Positions 51,898 to 62,100 of a stretch of 64,000 bases of DNA are shown one piece after another. This DNA is from Candidatus Latescibacterota bacterium (lineage in GTDB: Bacteria; Latescibacterota; UBA2968; UBA8231). Each line of letters starts with the position of its first letter. Within the stretch, counting starts at the first letter, position 1. Below the pieces are notes generated by a model. That model was not told the origin of the DNA and ran no database searches. It worked only from the letters and a program-made list of their open reading frames with translations. The stretch lies in contig CBDETK010000013.1 in the NCBI GenBank assembly GCA_965242865.1, forward strand, positions 672,001-736,000, written 5' to 3'. Position numbers and translations under genes: made by a program.

Positions 51898-53182
51898 CCC
51901 GATCTCAAACCACATGTTGTCAAGAAAAAGGAAAAATCAGATGCGTTTTCTGCTGTTTTTGCTCTTGAGTCTGTACGCCGCCAGTGCTTGGGGCCAAGAA
52001 TTCGTCTGTGCGTTCGGTCTGGAGCCGGAAGGGGTCTCGGGTGCGTCCTCGCATAATGTGGCGCACTACCAGAGGGGAACGGTCAAAATGCTGATCCTGT
52101 TTGGGAAGTTAAACGGTGCCCAAGATGCAGGGTCATTGACACAGCTTTGGAATCGGAATGAAGACGCCAGTCCACTCTGGTCCGCCGCAGACTTGTTGAA
52201 CAGCGAATTTAAGGGCAGTCTAGCGCACTACTTCAAGGAGATGTCGTATGGTGCTCTGACGCTATCGCCGGGAAGCAAGGGCATTCCAATGAAATTTTAT
52301 CAGTCGAACAACAGCACTACCGGCATCGGCTCCTATAATATACCCCAAATCCAGACGGATTGTACCGTTCCCAATTGGAAAAGAGGTATGAATGGGACAA
52401 CGACAACGAACGAAGGGATGCGGCAGTTTGTAAGGGAGGTACTCGAAAACGCTGACAAAGAGCTTAATTTCAGTCGCCTTGCGACGTCCGGTGTTAATGC
52501 CGGCTTCTCAGAATACGATGGGGACAAGGACGGGAATATCGACATCATCGGTGTAGTTACTCCGCGAACCGTTTGCAGCTATAGCGGGACCGTTTTTTAT
52601 AATATTCAATACCCCGACCCAGACAACGCTAGTAAAATGATCACTGTGGACAGAGTCGTCACCACGGATTGGAGACGAAGTTTTCCTTATATCGTCGGCG
52701 TGGTCGCGCATGAGTATGGCCATGCGATGGGGCTGCCCGAACTATACGACCGCGACCATTTCTCTTCGAATGATTCAGCAAGTCACAGTGCTGGCATCGG
52801 AGCTTGGGGGACAATGGGAAGATCAGCGTCTTGGGATCACGAAGGGGCACGACGGGAACGAGCGGTAGATGGCCCCAATCCGCTGTCAGTGTGGTCGCGG
52901 ATAAAAGTGGGCTGGATCACGGATGATACTTCTGCTCCGCGAGCAAACCAGCGTTTAGAGAGCGTAACCGGCGACAAGAGCGTCGATAATATCCACGACA
53001 TCAACTCGTCCGGCGGCAAGGTCTATAAAATTCCGATGCTTGGTTCAACAACCGAATACTTTCTCGTCGCCAATCGGCAGAATCGCTACCCGTCAATTGG
53101 AAGCTTTTACGACACCTACGCTCCGGCGAGCGGGCTGTTGATTTGGCACATTGACGAGTTAGCAAGGTCTGGCAGCAACGAT

Positions 53183-53359
53183 GCCAACCAAAACGGCTTT
53201 GACGCCTTGCGCATCGACACGCCGACGCCGGTGCGCTTTGTCGGCTTGCAGATGGGCGAGCCGCTCGCGCCGGTAGAGCCGGATCGCGTCAGCGCGGGCG
53301 ACCGCCGCCTCGAAGTGGTGTTCACCAGCCACAAGATAACCTTTGCCAACAACGTGCCG
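53183..53359 (+). repeat. 177-bp copy of 29726-29902
   Basis: GCCAACCAAAACGGCTTTGAC...AACAACGTGCCG is identical by eye in both places. Confidence 0.92.
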
Positions 53360-53363
53360 CTGC

Positions 53364-53408
53364 ATATCCCTGCTCAGTTGGGGTCGATTGAAACAGAAAG
53401 GACTGTGA
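53364..53408 (+). pseudogene. 3' remnant of a further beta-helix array gene
   Basis: Reads ISLLSWGRLKQKGL-stop, then G-ATG, exactly like the junctions inside the array. Confidence 0.8.
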
Positions 53409-53409
53409 G

Positions 53410-54081
53410 ATGCGCTTTATTTTGCTAGTCTTATGGCTACTGCTCGCCCTTTGGGAGCCAGTGGCGGCTCGGACGATTCGGGTCTCAGAAAAGGAATCAG
53501 AACACGGGGAACTGGCCTTGTATTGGGCTCTGATAGAGGCGGCTCCGCACGATACGCTGCTCGTCGCTGCCGGGTATTATGAGGGGGGTGGTATTGACAA
53601 ACCCCTGACGCTCATTGGGGCCGGAGCCGATAGCACAATAGTGGCAGGTCCCTACACGGCAATCGGGATAGGAGCCGAAGGGGTAACCATTGAAGGATTT
53701 TATATACTGGGCTTTGGGAAATGTCGTCTGACGAGTGCTATTTATTGTAATAATTGTTCTGCAACGCTCAAGCACAACATTCTCGAAGGGTGTTACTCGG
53801 CGATTACCACCTTTGATAATGCTCGACTAACCGTCAACTACAACCAACTAATAGGCAACTTCGCCTTTGAGGTTTTCCCCTTTGACCCTCCGAGTGCTAT
53901 TGACGCTCGCTTCAACTGGTGGGAGACGACGGTTGAACAGGAGATACAGGCCAAGATAGCCGCGACGATGGACGAGGTGGTGTATCGGCCTTGGCTGCAA
54001 GGTCCCGAGGAAATCTTCCGTGATCTCCCTACCTTTATATCCTTGATCAGTTGGGGTCAACTGAAACAGAAAGGACGATGA
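53410..54081 (+). CDS. Secreted right-handed beta-helix (pectin-lyase-like/NosD-like) protein, copy 1, SWG tail
   Basis: IEAAPHDTLLVAAG.YEG..IDKPLTLIGAGADSTI, GVTIEGF.I, IDARFNWW; ends ISWGQLKQKGR. Confidence 0.75.
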   Translation: MRFILLVLWLLLALWEPVAARTIRVSEKESEHGELALYWALIEAAPHDTLLVAAGYYEGGGIDKPLTLIGAGADSTIVAGPYTAIGIGAEGVTIEGFYILGFGKCRLTSAIYCNNCSATLKHNILEGCYSAITTFDNARLTVNYNQLIGNFAFEVFPFDPPSAIDARFNWWETTVEQEIQAKIAATMDEVVYRPWLQGPEEIFRDLPTFISLISWGQLKQKGR

Positions 54082-54082
54082 G

Positions 54083-54760
54083 ATGCGCTTTATTTTGCTA
54101 GTCTTATGGCTACTGCTCGCCCTTTGGGAGCCAGTGGCGGCTCGGACGATTCGGGTCTCAGAAAAGGAATCAGAACACGGGTACATGGCCTTGTTTTGGG
54201 CTCTGATTGAGGCGGCTCCGCACGATACGCTGCTCGTCGCTGCCGGGGATTATGAGGGGGGTAGCATCGATAAACCCCTGACGCTCATTGGCGCAGGGGC
54301 CGATAGCACAATAGTGGGAAGTTACAGCGGCGCGGGACTCGGGATAGGAGCCGAAGGGGTAACCATTGAAGGATTTTATATACAGAGCTACTTTGATAAA
54401 TGTCGTGGGACGAGAGCTATTGTGTGTAATAATTGTTCTGCGACACTCAAGCACAACATTCTTGAAGGGTGTTACTCGGCGATTACCACCTTTGATAATG
54501 CTCGACTAACCGTCAACTACAACCAACTAATAGGCAACTTCGCCTTTGAGGTTTTCCCCTTTGACCCTCCGAGCGTTATTGACGCCCGCTTCAACTGGTG
54601 GGGGACGACGGTTGAACAGGAGATACAGGCCAAGATAGCCGCGACGATGGACCAGGTGGTGTATCGGCCTTGGCTGCAAGGTCCCGAGGAAATCTTCCGC
54701 GATCTACCTACCTTTATATCCTTGATCAGTTGGGGTCGATTGAAACAGAAAGGACTATGA
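54083..54760 (+). CDS. Secreted beta-helix protein, copy 2, SWG tail
   Basis: Tandem paralog; ends ISWGRLKQKGL. Confidence 0.75.
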   Translation: MRFILLVLWLLLALWEPVAARTIRVSEKESEHGYMALFWALIEAAPHDTLLVAAGDYEGGSIDKPLTLIGAGADSTIVGSYSGAGLGIGAEGVTIEGFYIQSYFDKCRGTRAIVCNNCSATLKHNILEGCYSAITTFDNARLTVNYNQLIGNFAFEVFPFDPPSVIDARFNWWGTTVEQEIQAKIAATMDQVVYRPWLQGPEEIFRDLPTFISLISWGRLKQKGL

Positions 54761-54761
54761 G

Positions 54762-55436
54762 ATGCGCTTTATTTTGCTGGTCTTATGGCTACTGCTCGCC
54801 CTTTGGGAGCCGGTGGCGGCTCGGACGATTCGGGTCTCAGAAAAGGAATCAGAACACGGGTACATGGCCTTGTTTTGGGCTCTGATTGAGGCGGCTCCGC
54901 ACGATACGCTGCTCGTCGCCGCCGGCTTGTATGAAGGGGGTGGTATTGACAAACCCCTGACGCTCATTGGTGCCGGAGCCGATAGCACAATAGTGGAAGG
55001 TCACTTCACTGGACTCGGGATAGGAGCCGAAGGGGTAACCATTGAAGGATTTTATATACGGGGCTCTGGGAAATGTCGTCTGTCGAGTGCTATTTACTGT
55101 AATAACTGTTCCGCAACACTCAAGCACAACATTCTTGAAGGATGTTACTCGGTGATTACCACCGATGGTAATGCTCGACTAACCGTCAACTACAACCACC
55201 TAATATCAGGAACCTTCGCCTTTGACGTTTTTCCCTCTGACCCTCCGAGCACTATTGACGCTCGCTTCAACTGGTGGGAGACGACGGTTGAACAGGAGAT
55301 ACAGGCCAAGATAGCCGCGGCGGTGGACGAGGTGGTGTATCGGCCTTGGCTGCAAGGTCCCGAGGAAATCTTCCGCGATCTCCCTACCTTTATATCCCTG
55401 CTCAGTTGGGGCCAACTGAAACAGAAAGGACTGTGA
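54762..55436 (+). CDS. Secreted beta-helix protein, copy 3, SWG tail
   Basis: Tandem paralog; ends LSWGQLKQKGL. Confidence 0.75.
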   Translation: MRFILLVLWLLLALWEPVAARTIRVSEKESEHGYMALFWALIEAAPHDTLLVAAGLYEGGGIDKPLTLIGAGADSTIVEGHFTGLGIGAEGVTIEGFYIRGSGKCRLSSAIYCNNCSATLKHNILEGCYSVITTDGNARLTVNYNHLISGTFAFDVFPSDPPSTIDARFNWWETTVEQEIQAKIAAAVDEVVYRPWLQGPEEIFRDLPTFISLLSWGQLKQKGL

Positions 55437-55437
55437 G

Positions 55438-56121
55438 ATGCGCTTTTTCTTGCTGGTCTTATGGCTACTGCTCGCCCTTTGGGAGCCAGTGGCGGCTCGG
55501 ACGATTCGGGTCTCAGAAAAGGAATCAGAACATGGGTACTTTGCCTTGTATTGGGCTCTGATAGAGGCGGCTCCGCACGATACGCTGCTCGTCGCCGCCG
55601 GCTTGTATGAAGGGGGTGGTATTGACAAACCCCTGACGCTCATTGGTGCCGGAGCCGATAGCACAATAGTGGAAGGTCACTTCACTGGACTCGGGATAGG
55701 AGCCGAAGGGGTAACCATTGAAGGATTTTATATACGGGGCTCTGGGAAATGTCGTCTGTCGAGTGCTATTTACTGTAATAACTGTTCCGCAACACTCAAG
55801 CACAACATTCTTGAAGGATGTTACTCGGTGATTACCACCGATGGTAATGCTCGACTAACCGTCAACTACAACCACCTAATATCAGGAACCTTCGCCTTTG
55901 ACGTTTTTCCCTCTGACGAATTGCGAGGCAATAGTGGCATTGAGTCGCTCAATAGCCTGAGTTCCATTGACGCTCGCTTCAATTGGTGGGAAACGGAAAA
56001 GCAGGCCGAAATTCAAGCCAAAATATCTAGTCCTAGAAAGGATCTAATCAATGTTTCTGACCATCTAACCGAGAGTACAAAAGAATTAATCATCAACCGG
56101 GAAAACGAGGGAGATAGGTGA
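55438..56121 (+). CDS. Secreted beta-helix protein, copy 4, divergent C-terminus without SWG tail
   Basis: Nearly identical to copy 3 up to FPSD (~55917), then diverges; GTGA overlap with the next gene. Confidence 0.72.
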   Translation: MRFFLLVLWLLLALWEPVAARTIRVSEKESEHGYFALYWALIEAAPHDTLLVAAGLYEGGGIDKPLTLIGAGADSTIVEGHFTGLGIGAEGVTIEGFYIRGSGKCRLSSAIYCNNCSATLKHNILEGCYSVITTDGNARLTVNYNHLISGTFAFDVFPSDELRGNSGIESLNSLSSIDARFNWWETEKQAEIQAKISSPRKDLINVSDHLTESTKELIINRENEGDR

Positions 56122-59100
56122 TTACTATGAACCGTGCTATACTCAAAATAACCGTTCTGCTTGTTCTATTACTCGTCGGTACTGTCCATTCGGCGACCAT
56201 AACCACGTCAGGTCGTAAGGTACTAATAGACGGGGAGCCTTTCTTTGCTCTTGGCGTTTACTACCAAAGGGAGGGTTCACTTAGTACGACCCACACCTCA
56301 TGGCAAACGCTAAAGGATCATCGTTTTAATCTACTAAATCTATCCGATCCTTTTCCCGTTAGGTCCATTGATTCCCAAACGAGTCCGTACGCCTCCTCGT
56401 TTAGGGGCTTTATTACGGCGAATCAGGTGGACTTACCGTGGCTAAGCAATACTCACCAGCCCTCTTACAACAACCCTACTAATGCACAATCTATAATGCA
56501 GAACGCGGCGGCTCATGATATATACGTCATCGCAGACCAAGCTCCTTTTACACCTGATGGTGCCAGAGCATTAAACGGAACTAACCTGAGGACTTATGGC
56601 ATTGATGCCATGGGAAATGACGTCATAAATGCTACTAAGAGACAGGAATTCATTAACAATTTAGCATTGCCATCCCCTCAAGGGTGGTCTCATTTCGGTA
56701 TAGATCATGACAATTTCTTTGGGTGGAACAGTTTGGACGAACCTGTATGGTTTTGGGGGCCTTATGAAGGTACGTCCTATAAGGGGACGCCGATTCGTTA
56801 TAACGAAACTCAAGTAACGAATATGTATAATAACCTAATCTTGGATAGCTATAATAAAATCAAGGCTGTCGATAGCACTCACGTCGTATTTATGAATTTC
56901 GCATACGCTCACGGATCCGCTTTTAGTGGGGGTGCGGCCTCGTGGAATGCGGATGGCGAGTTGGTCGTCGGAGGGGATAACATTGTCGATAATTATGTAA
57001 GAGACTTAAGACGTTACAGTCAAGCGGCTGACATTATTGCCATGGATATCTATCCGATACATAGCTACAGAGGCCGGACGCGCGGTACTTGGCCTGATCG
57101 CTATTGCCTGTTCGATGATAGTAGCTTATCCGTTATTGGAAAATATCAGAAATTGCTCAATGAGCGCGTCGTAACCGATAAGCCTGTTTACCAAGTACTA
57201 CAGTCGTGGACTGGTGCCATGAGGCCAACTCTGACGACAGCAGAAGTACGATTTCAAGCGTATGATGCAATCATCAACGGGGCTGCGGGCCTACTGTGGT
57301 TTGGCTGGCATGTTCCTGCTGCGTCCTCAGGGACGGACCTTACTTGGGAGCGCACCAAGGTGCTCGTGCGCGACGAGTTAAGCGATCCCATTCTCTATCC
57401 CGTCTTGTCGGCGGATACGTCTCCCCTCCACAGTTCGGTCTCCGTCGATACGCCTGATATAGAATTCTTACTCAAGAAATACAATGGCCAGTCGTATCTT
57501 TTCGCGGCTATACTTCTTCCACGGCGACCCACAGCGCAGTAACTTTTCGTGGGTTGTGTTCACAGGCGACGAGTGCTGAGGTGCTATTCGAGTCGCGCAT
57601 GGTCACTTGCCGTAATGGGGAAATCCAAGACAGCTTCGATCCCTACCAAGTGCATGTGTATAAACTCGACAACTGGTCGGGAACACTGGCTCAGAATACG
57701 ACTTGGAGCGGCACGGTCCGAGTCTCCGGTGATATAACGGTTGGTTCGGGTACTACACTGACATTGGAGCAGGGGACCGAGGTTCGCTTTCTGGCTAACA
57801 CGGATGATACCAACGGCGGCGACGACACCGCTCGCTCGGAACTGATCGTCGAGGGCACACTCAACGCGAACGCCGGCACCATCACCTTCCGCTCGGCGAG
57901 TGCTTCTTCGTCCAATACTGATTGGTATGGCATCCGCGTGGCCACCGGCGGTCGTGCCGATGTGTCCAACGCAACGATCCGCGATGGGATGCACTGTGTG
58001 CAGACCCATCAACTCAACTCGGTCACGCTGACCGGCCTGACCTGCGGTAATGGTGCTTCGCCGGTGCGCTTTGCCGAAAACAGCACGGACGCGGTAGCTA
58101 CCTACCAAGTACTGGGAGCCTCGTCGGTTATGTGGACGCTGGGCGGCGCGGATGAGACACTCTTTACCATAAATGCTACCGGTCAGTTGAGGTTTGCTAC
58201 CCCCCCGAACTTTGAGATGCCAAGTGGTAGTGGTGCGAATCGCGATAATACTTACGAAGTAACGGTGGAGGGGTATGCCGGGGAAGTCTATACGCTTTTC
58301 CCGGTGGTTGTGCAGGTGTTTAATGTGGAGGAGGAGGGGTCGGTTTCGCTGACGGGGGGGAGGCCGGAAGTGGATCAGGTGGTGGTGGCGACCTTGACCG
58401 ATCCGGATGGCGTGGTGGGGGTTCCGTCTTGGTGGTGGGAACGGGGGTCGAGTACGACGGATACGTGGACGGAGATTGCGTTGGCACATGCTGAGTCCTA
58501 CAAGCCGCAGCGGGATGATATAGGGTATCAGCTACGGGCGACGGCGCATTACACCGACCGTCATGGCTCCAACAAAAGTGCGTCGGGGGCCACGAGTGCG
58601 TCGGTGGTCGGTCGGCCGAGTGCGCCGCGGGAGTTTGAGGCGGTCCCGGGCGCGGGTGCCGGGGAGGTGGTCTTGCGTTGGCAGCCGCCGGCGTCGGATG
58701 GGGGGTTGCCGATAGATGTTTATAAAGTGCTGTATTTTTCGGAGACGCAGCCGAATACGGATAAGGCTGGTTTTTCGGCGGTGTCGGGGGGTTCGTCGGC
58801 ACGGGACACGACGATTAAGGGGTTGACCAACGGGACGCGGTATGTGTTTCGGGTGGCCGCCCATAACGAAGTGGGCAACGGGGATCGGGCCGAGGCAAAG
58901 GCGACGCCGCAGGTTCCCTGTCAACTGACGGGGGCGACGGTTCCGACGTTTGCGGAAAACGCCCTTGGGGCGGTAGGCACGTACACGGCGAGTGCGGGGT
59001 GTGGTTCGGCGTTGTCGTGGAAGTTGGCTGGGACGGATGCGAGTGCGTTTACGAAGTTACAAGGGACGGGCACGTCGCGGATGCTTGAGTTCAAGCGTCC

Positions 59101-62100
59101 TCCCAACTTTGAGCAGCCTGCCGACGCCGACAAGAACAACACCTACGCGGTGTCGGTGTCCATCGGCGACGTATCCGTGCCGGTGACCGTGTCGGTGACC
59201 GATGCCAACGATGCCGGTGTCGTTAGCCTTTCGACGACCGCGCCGCGAGCGGAGGAATCCCTCACGGCGACGCTGTCGGACGAAGATGGGATTGCAGAGC
59301 CGGTGTATTGGACACCCCACTATGAGGGTGCCTCGGACAGCGGCGGCGTAACCGGGCCGGCGTCGGAGGCGACGCAGACATGGACGCTGACTATCCCCAA
59401 CAGCCGCGTGGGGCAACCCCTGCGTATCCAAGCTGACTACACAGACTCTTTTGGCGCGGCGTCGGCGACGAGTGCTTTGACTTCGCCGGTGCGCCCGGCC
59501 TCCAACCGCGCCCCGTCGGTGTCGGGTCCGGCGTCGGTGGACATAGCCGAAAACAGTTCCTCACCGTGGTTGTTGGGCACCTATACTGGCCGCGACCCGG
59601 ATGGCGACGATCTGACGTGGAGTATAACGGGCACGGATGCGAGTGCGTTTGAATTGAAGGAACCGGCGTCGCCGGGGACGGAGCCGTCGCGGGAACTCCA
59701 TTTGGCGAATGCGGCCGATTATGAAGCCCAAGCGCGCTACGACGTGTGGGTGAAGGTCTCCGACGCGGTGCTGTCGGACAGCCTGCGGGTGTCGGTGTCG
59801 GTCGTCAATCAGAACGAGGATGGGTCGGTGGTGCTGACGGGGGGGTTGCCGCCGGAGGTGGGCACGGCAGTGGTGGCGGGGTTGACCGATCCGGATGGGC
59901 AGATTACGGGATCGGCTTGGCAGTGGCAGCGTCGGTTGGGCACAACGGGAGCATGGGAAGCGATTGGGGCCGGGGTGTCGGGGGCTTCGTCGGCGGTGTC
60001 GGGTGCGGCCTCGGCGTATCCTGAGCTATCGAGTTACACGCCGGTGTCGGGCGATGTGGGGTGGCAGTTGCAGGCGACGGTGCGCTACCGCGATGGGCAC
60101 GATCCCAACACGGAACGGACGGCAGAGAGTGATCCAAGTGAGGCGGTGGTCGGTCCGCCGGTTGCGCCGTCGGGGGTGTCGTTTCGGTCGGGGTGGACGC
60201 AGGTTCGGGTGGAGTGGTCGGCGGTGGTCGCGGCGACGAGCTACGCGGTGCAAGGGCAGAGCAAACCCTTTGATGGCGGGTCGTGGCCTTCGACGTGGAC
60301 ATCATTGGCGTCCGATGTCGTTGGCCGGCGGCGGTATGTTCACCAGGGGGTATCGCCGGATAGCCTGTATCGGTATCAGGTGCGGGCGCGGGTGGGCGAG
60401 TTGGAGAGTGCGTGGTCGGCGGCGGAGCCTTTGGCAGGGGTTCAGCCCGGGGTGGGTTCGCCGACGGGGTTTACCGCCGAGGCCGGGGCGAGCGAGGCGA
60501 CGCTGCGGTGGACGGGGCCGGATCATGCCAGCATCACCAAGTGGCGGTATCGGGATGTGACGGCGGAGGGGGCCGATACGGACGGGGACTGGCTGGACGC
60601 GACGGTCAGCGGTAGTGCCGTGGCGGGGTGGTCGGCCCCGGTAGAAGGCTTGACGGCCGGTCAAGCGTATCGGTTTCAAGTGCGGGCGGTCAATGGGGCC
60701 GGCGGCGGTCGGCCTTCGGCGGTGAGCAATACGGTCACGCCGTGGTTGGCTCGGCCCACCGGCGGTTCGGTTTCGGTGCAAGCCGGCCCGGCACTGAAGG
60801 TTGCTTGGTCGGCGGTGGCGTCGGCGACCGGCTATGAGGTGGAGGGGCAGAGCAAGCCATTCGATGGCGGGTCGTGGCCGTCGGCGTGGACGACGCAGCA
60901 GGCCAACGGCGCACAGCCCTATGTGCATCGAGGGGTGGACGCCGACCGCCGCTATCGCTACCGGGTGCGGGCGCGGGTCGGCGAGACGGTGAGTGCATGG
61001 TCCGATACGCTGCCGGGGGTGGCGGGAGTGCAACCGCCGCCGGGCGCGCCGACGGGCTTGACCGCCACGCCGGGCATCCGACAGGCGACGCTGACGTGGA
61101 CGGGGCCGACGCACACCAGCATCACCGAGTGGCAGTATAAGCGGGGCCAGATTTTGGAGCCGATCACCGCGTGGGGAGGGTGGCTGTCCATGGGCACGGC
61201 GGCGACGACGCGGTCGTTTACAGTGCGGCATCCGCTGGTGGATGGGGGGTCTTATCGGTTTGAAGTGCGGGCACGCAACGGCGGAGGATGGTCGGCGACG
61301 ACGCGGACGGATACGGTGACGTTGCCGGTGGACACCAAAGGGAGGGTGGCGCTCTCGACGACCACGCCGCGGGTCGGTGACGACCTGACCGCGACGTTGA
61401 CCGACCCGGATAACCCGACGGATGTGGGGTTTACTTGGTCGTTTTTCCTGCCGGCAGGGGTGTCGGGGGCCAATGGGGCCGATCCGCCGCCCAGCGCAGT
61501 GCAGTCGGAGCCGTTGCGGGTGAGCACGGTGCATTTGGGGTTGCAGATCCGGGCGCGGGTGTCCTATGCCGATGATTATGGTCGGCAGCAGGTGCAAAGT
61601 CCCAAGACGTCGGCGGTGGTGGGGCCGCCGTGGGCGCCGCGGACATTTACGGCGACGGCGGGCGACGGGCAGGTGGTGCTTTCTTGGGAGGTGCCCTTGA
61701 AAAGCGGCGGCTCGGCGATCACCAGTTACCAGTACCGCTACAAGAAGACCAGCGGTAGCTGGCCGGAGCACTGGACGAGTGCCGGCACGGCGACGAGCGC
61801 GACGGTGACGGACTTGACCAACGACACTCCGTACTCCTTTGCGGTGCGGGCGGTCAATGGCTACGGCGACGGCACGGTCGCCTCAGCGGTGGCGACGCCC
61901 CAGCCGAAAAACCGCGCCCCGGATGTATCGGGTCCGGCGTCGGTGTCGGTGGACGAAAACAGCCTCACGTCCACGTCATTGGGCACGTACACTGCCCGCG
62001 ACCCCGACGGCGACGAACTGACTTGGAGCGTGACGGGGACAGATGCCCGTGCGTTTGAGTTGAAGACGCCGACGCCGCAGGGGACGAACCCGTCGCGGAC

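Larger units (their letters stand above)
51941..53428 (+). pseudogene. Large gene 4: M6 metalloprotease head only; stalk replaced by foreign fragments
   Basis: Signal peptide MRFLLFLLLSLYAASAWG; GSLAHYFKEMSYG, HEYGHAMGLPELYD, EYFLVANRQ, GLLIWHIDE; from 53183 it reads through a copy of 29726-29902. Confidence 0.8.

Noticed and set aside
53410-56121. Diversity-generating retroelement acting on the beta-helix array
   Set aside because: No reverse transcriptase seen; differences include indels, are not obviously adenine-restricted, and no template repeat is apparent.
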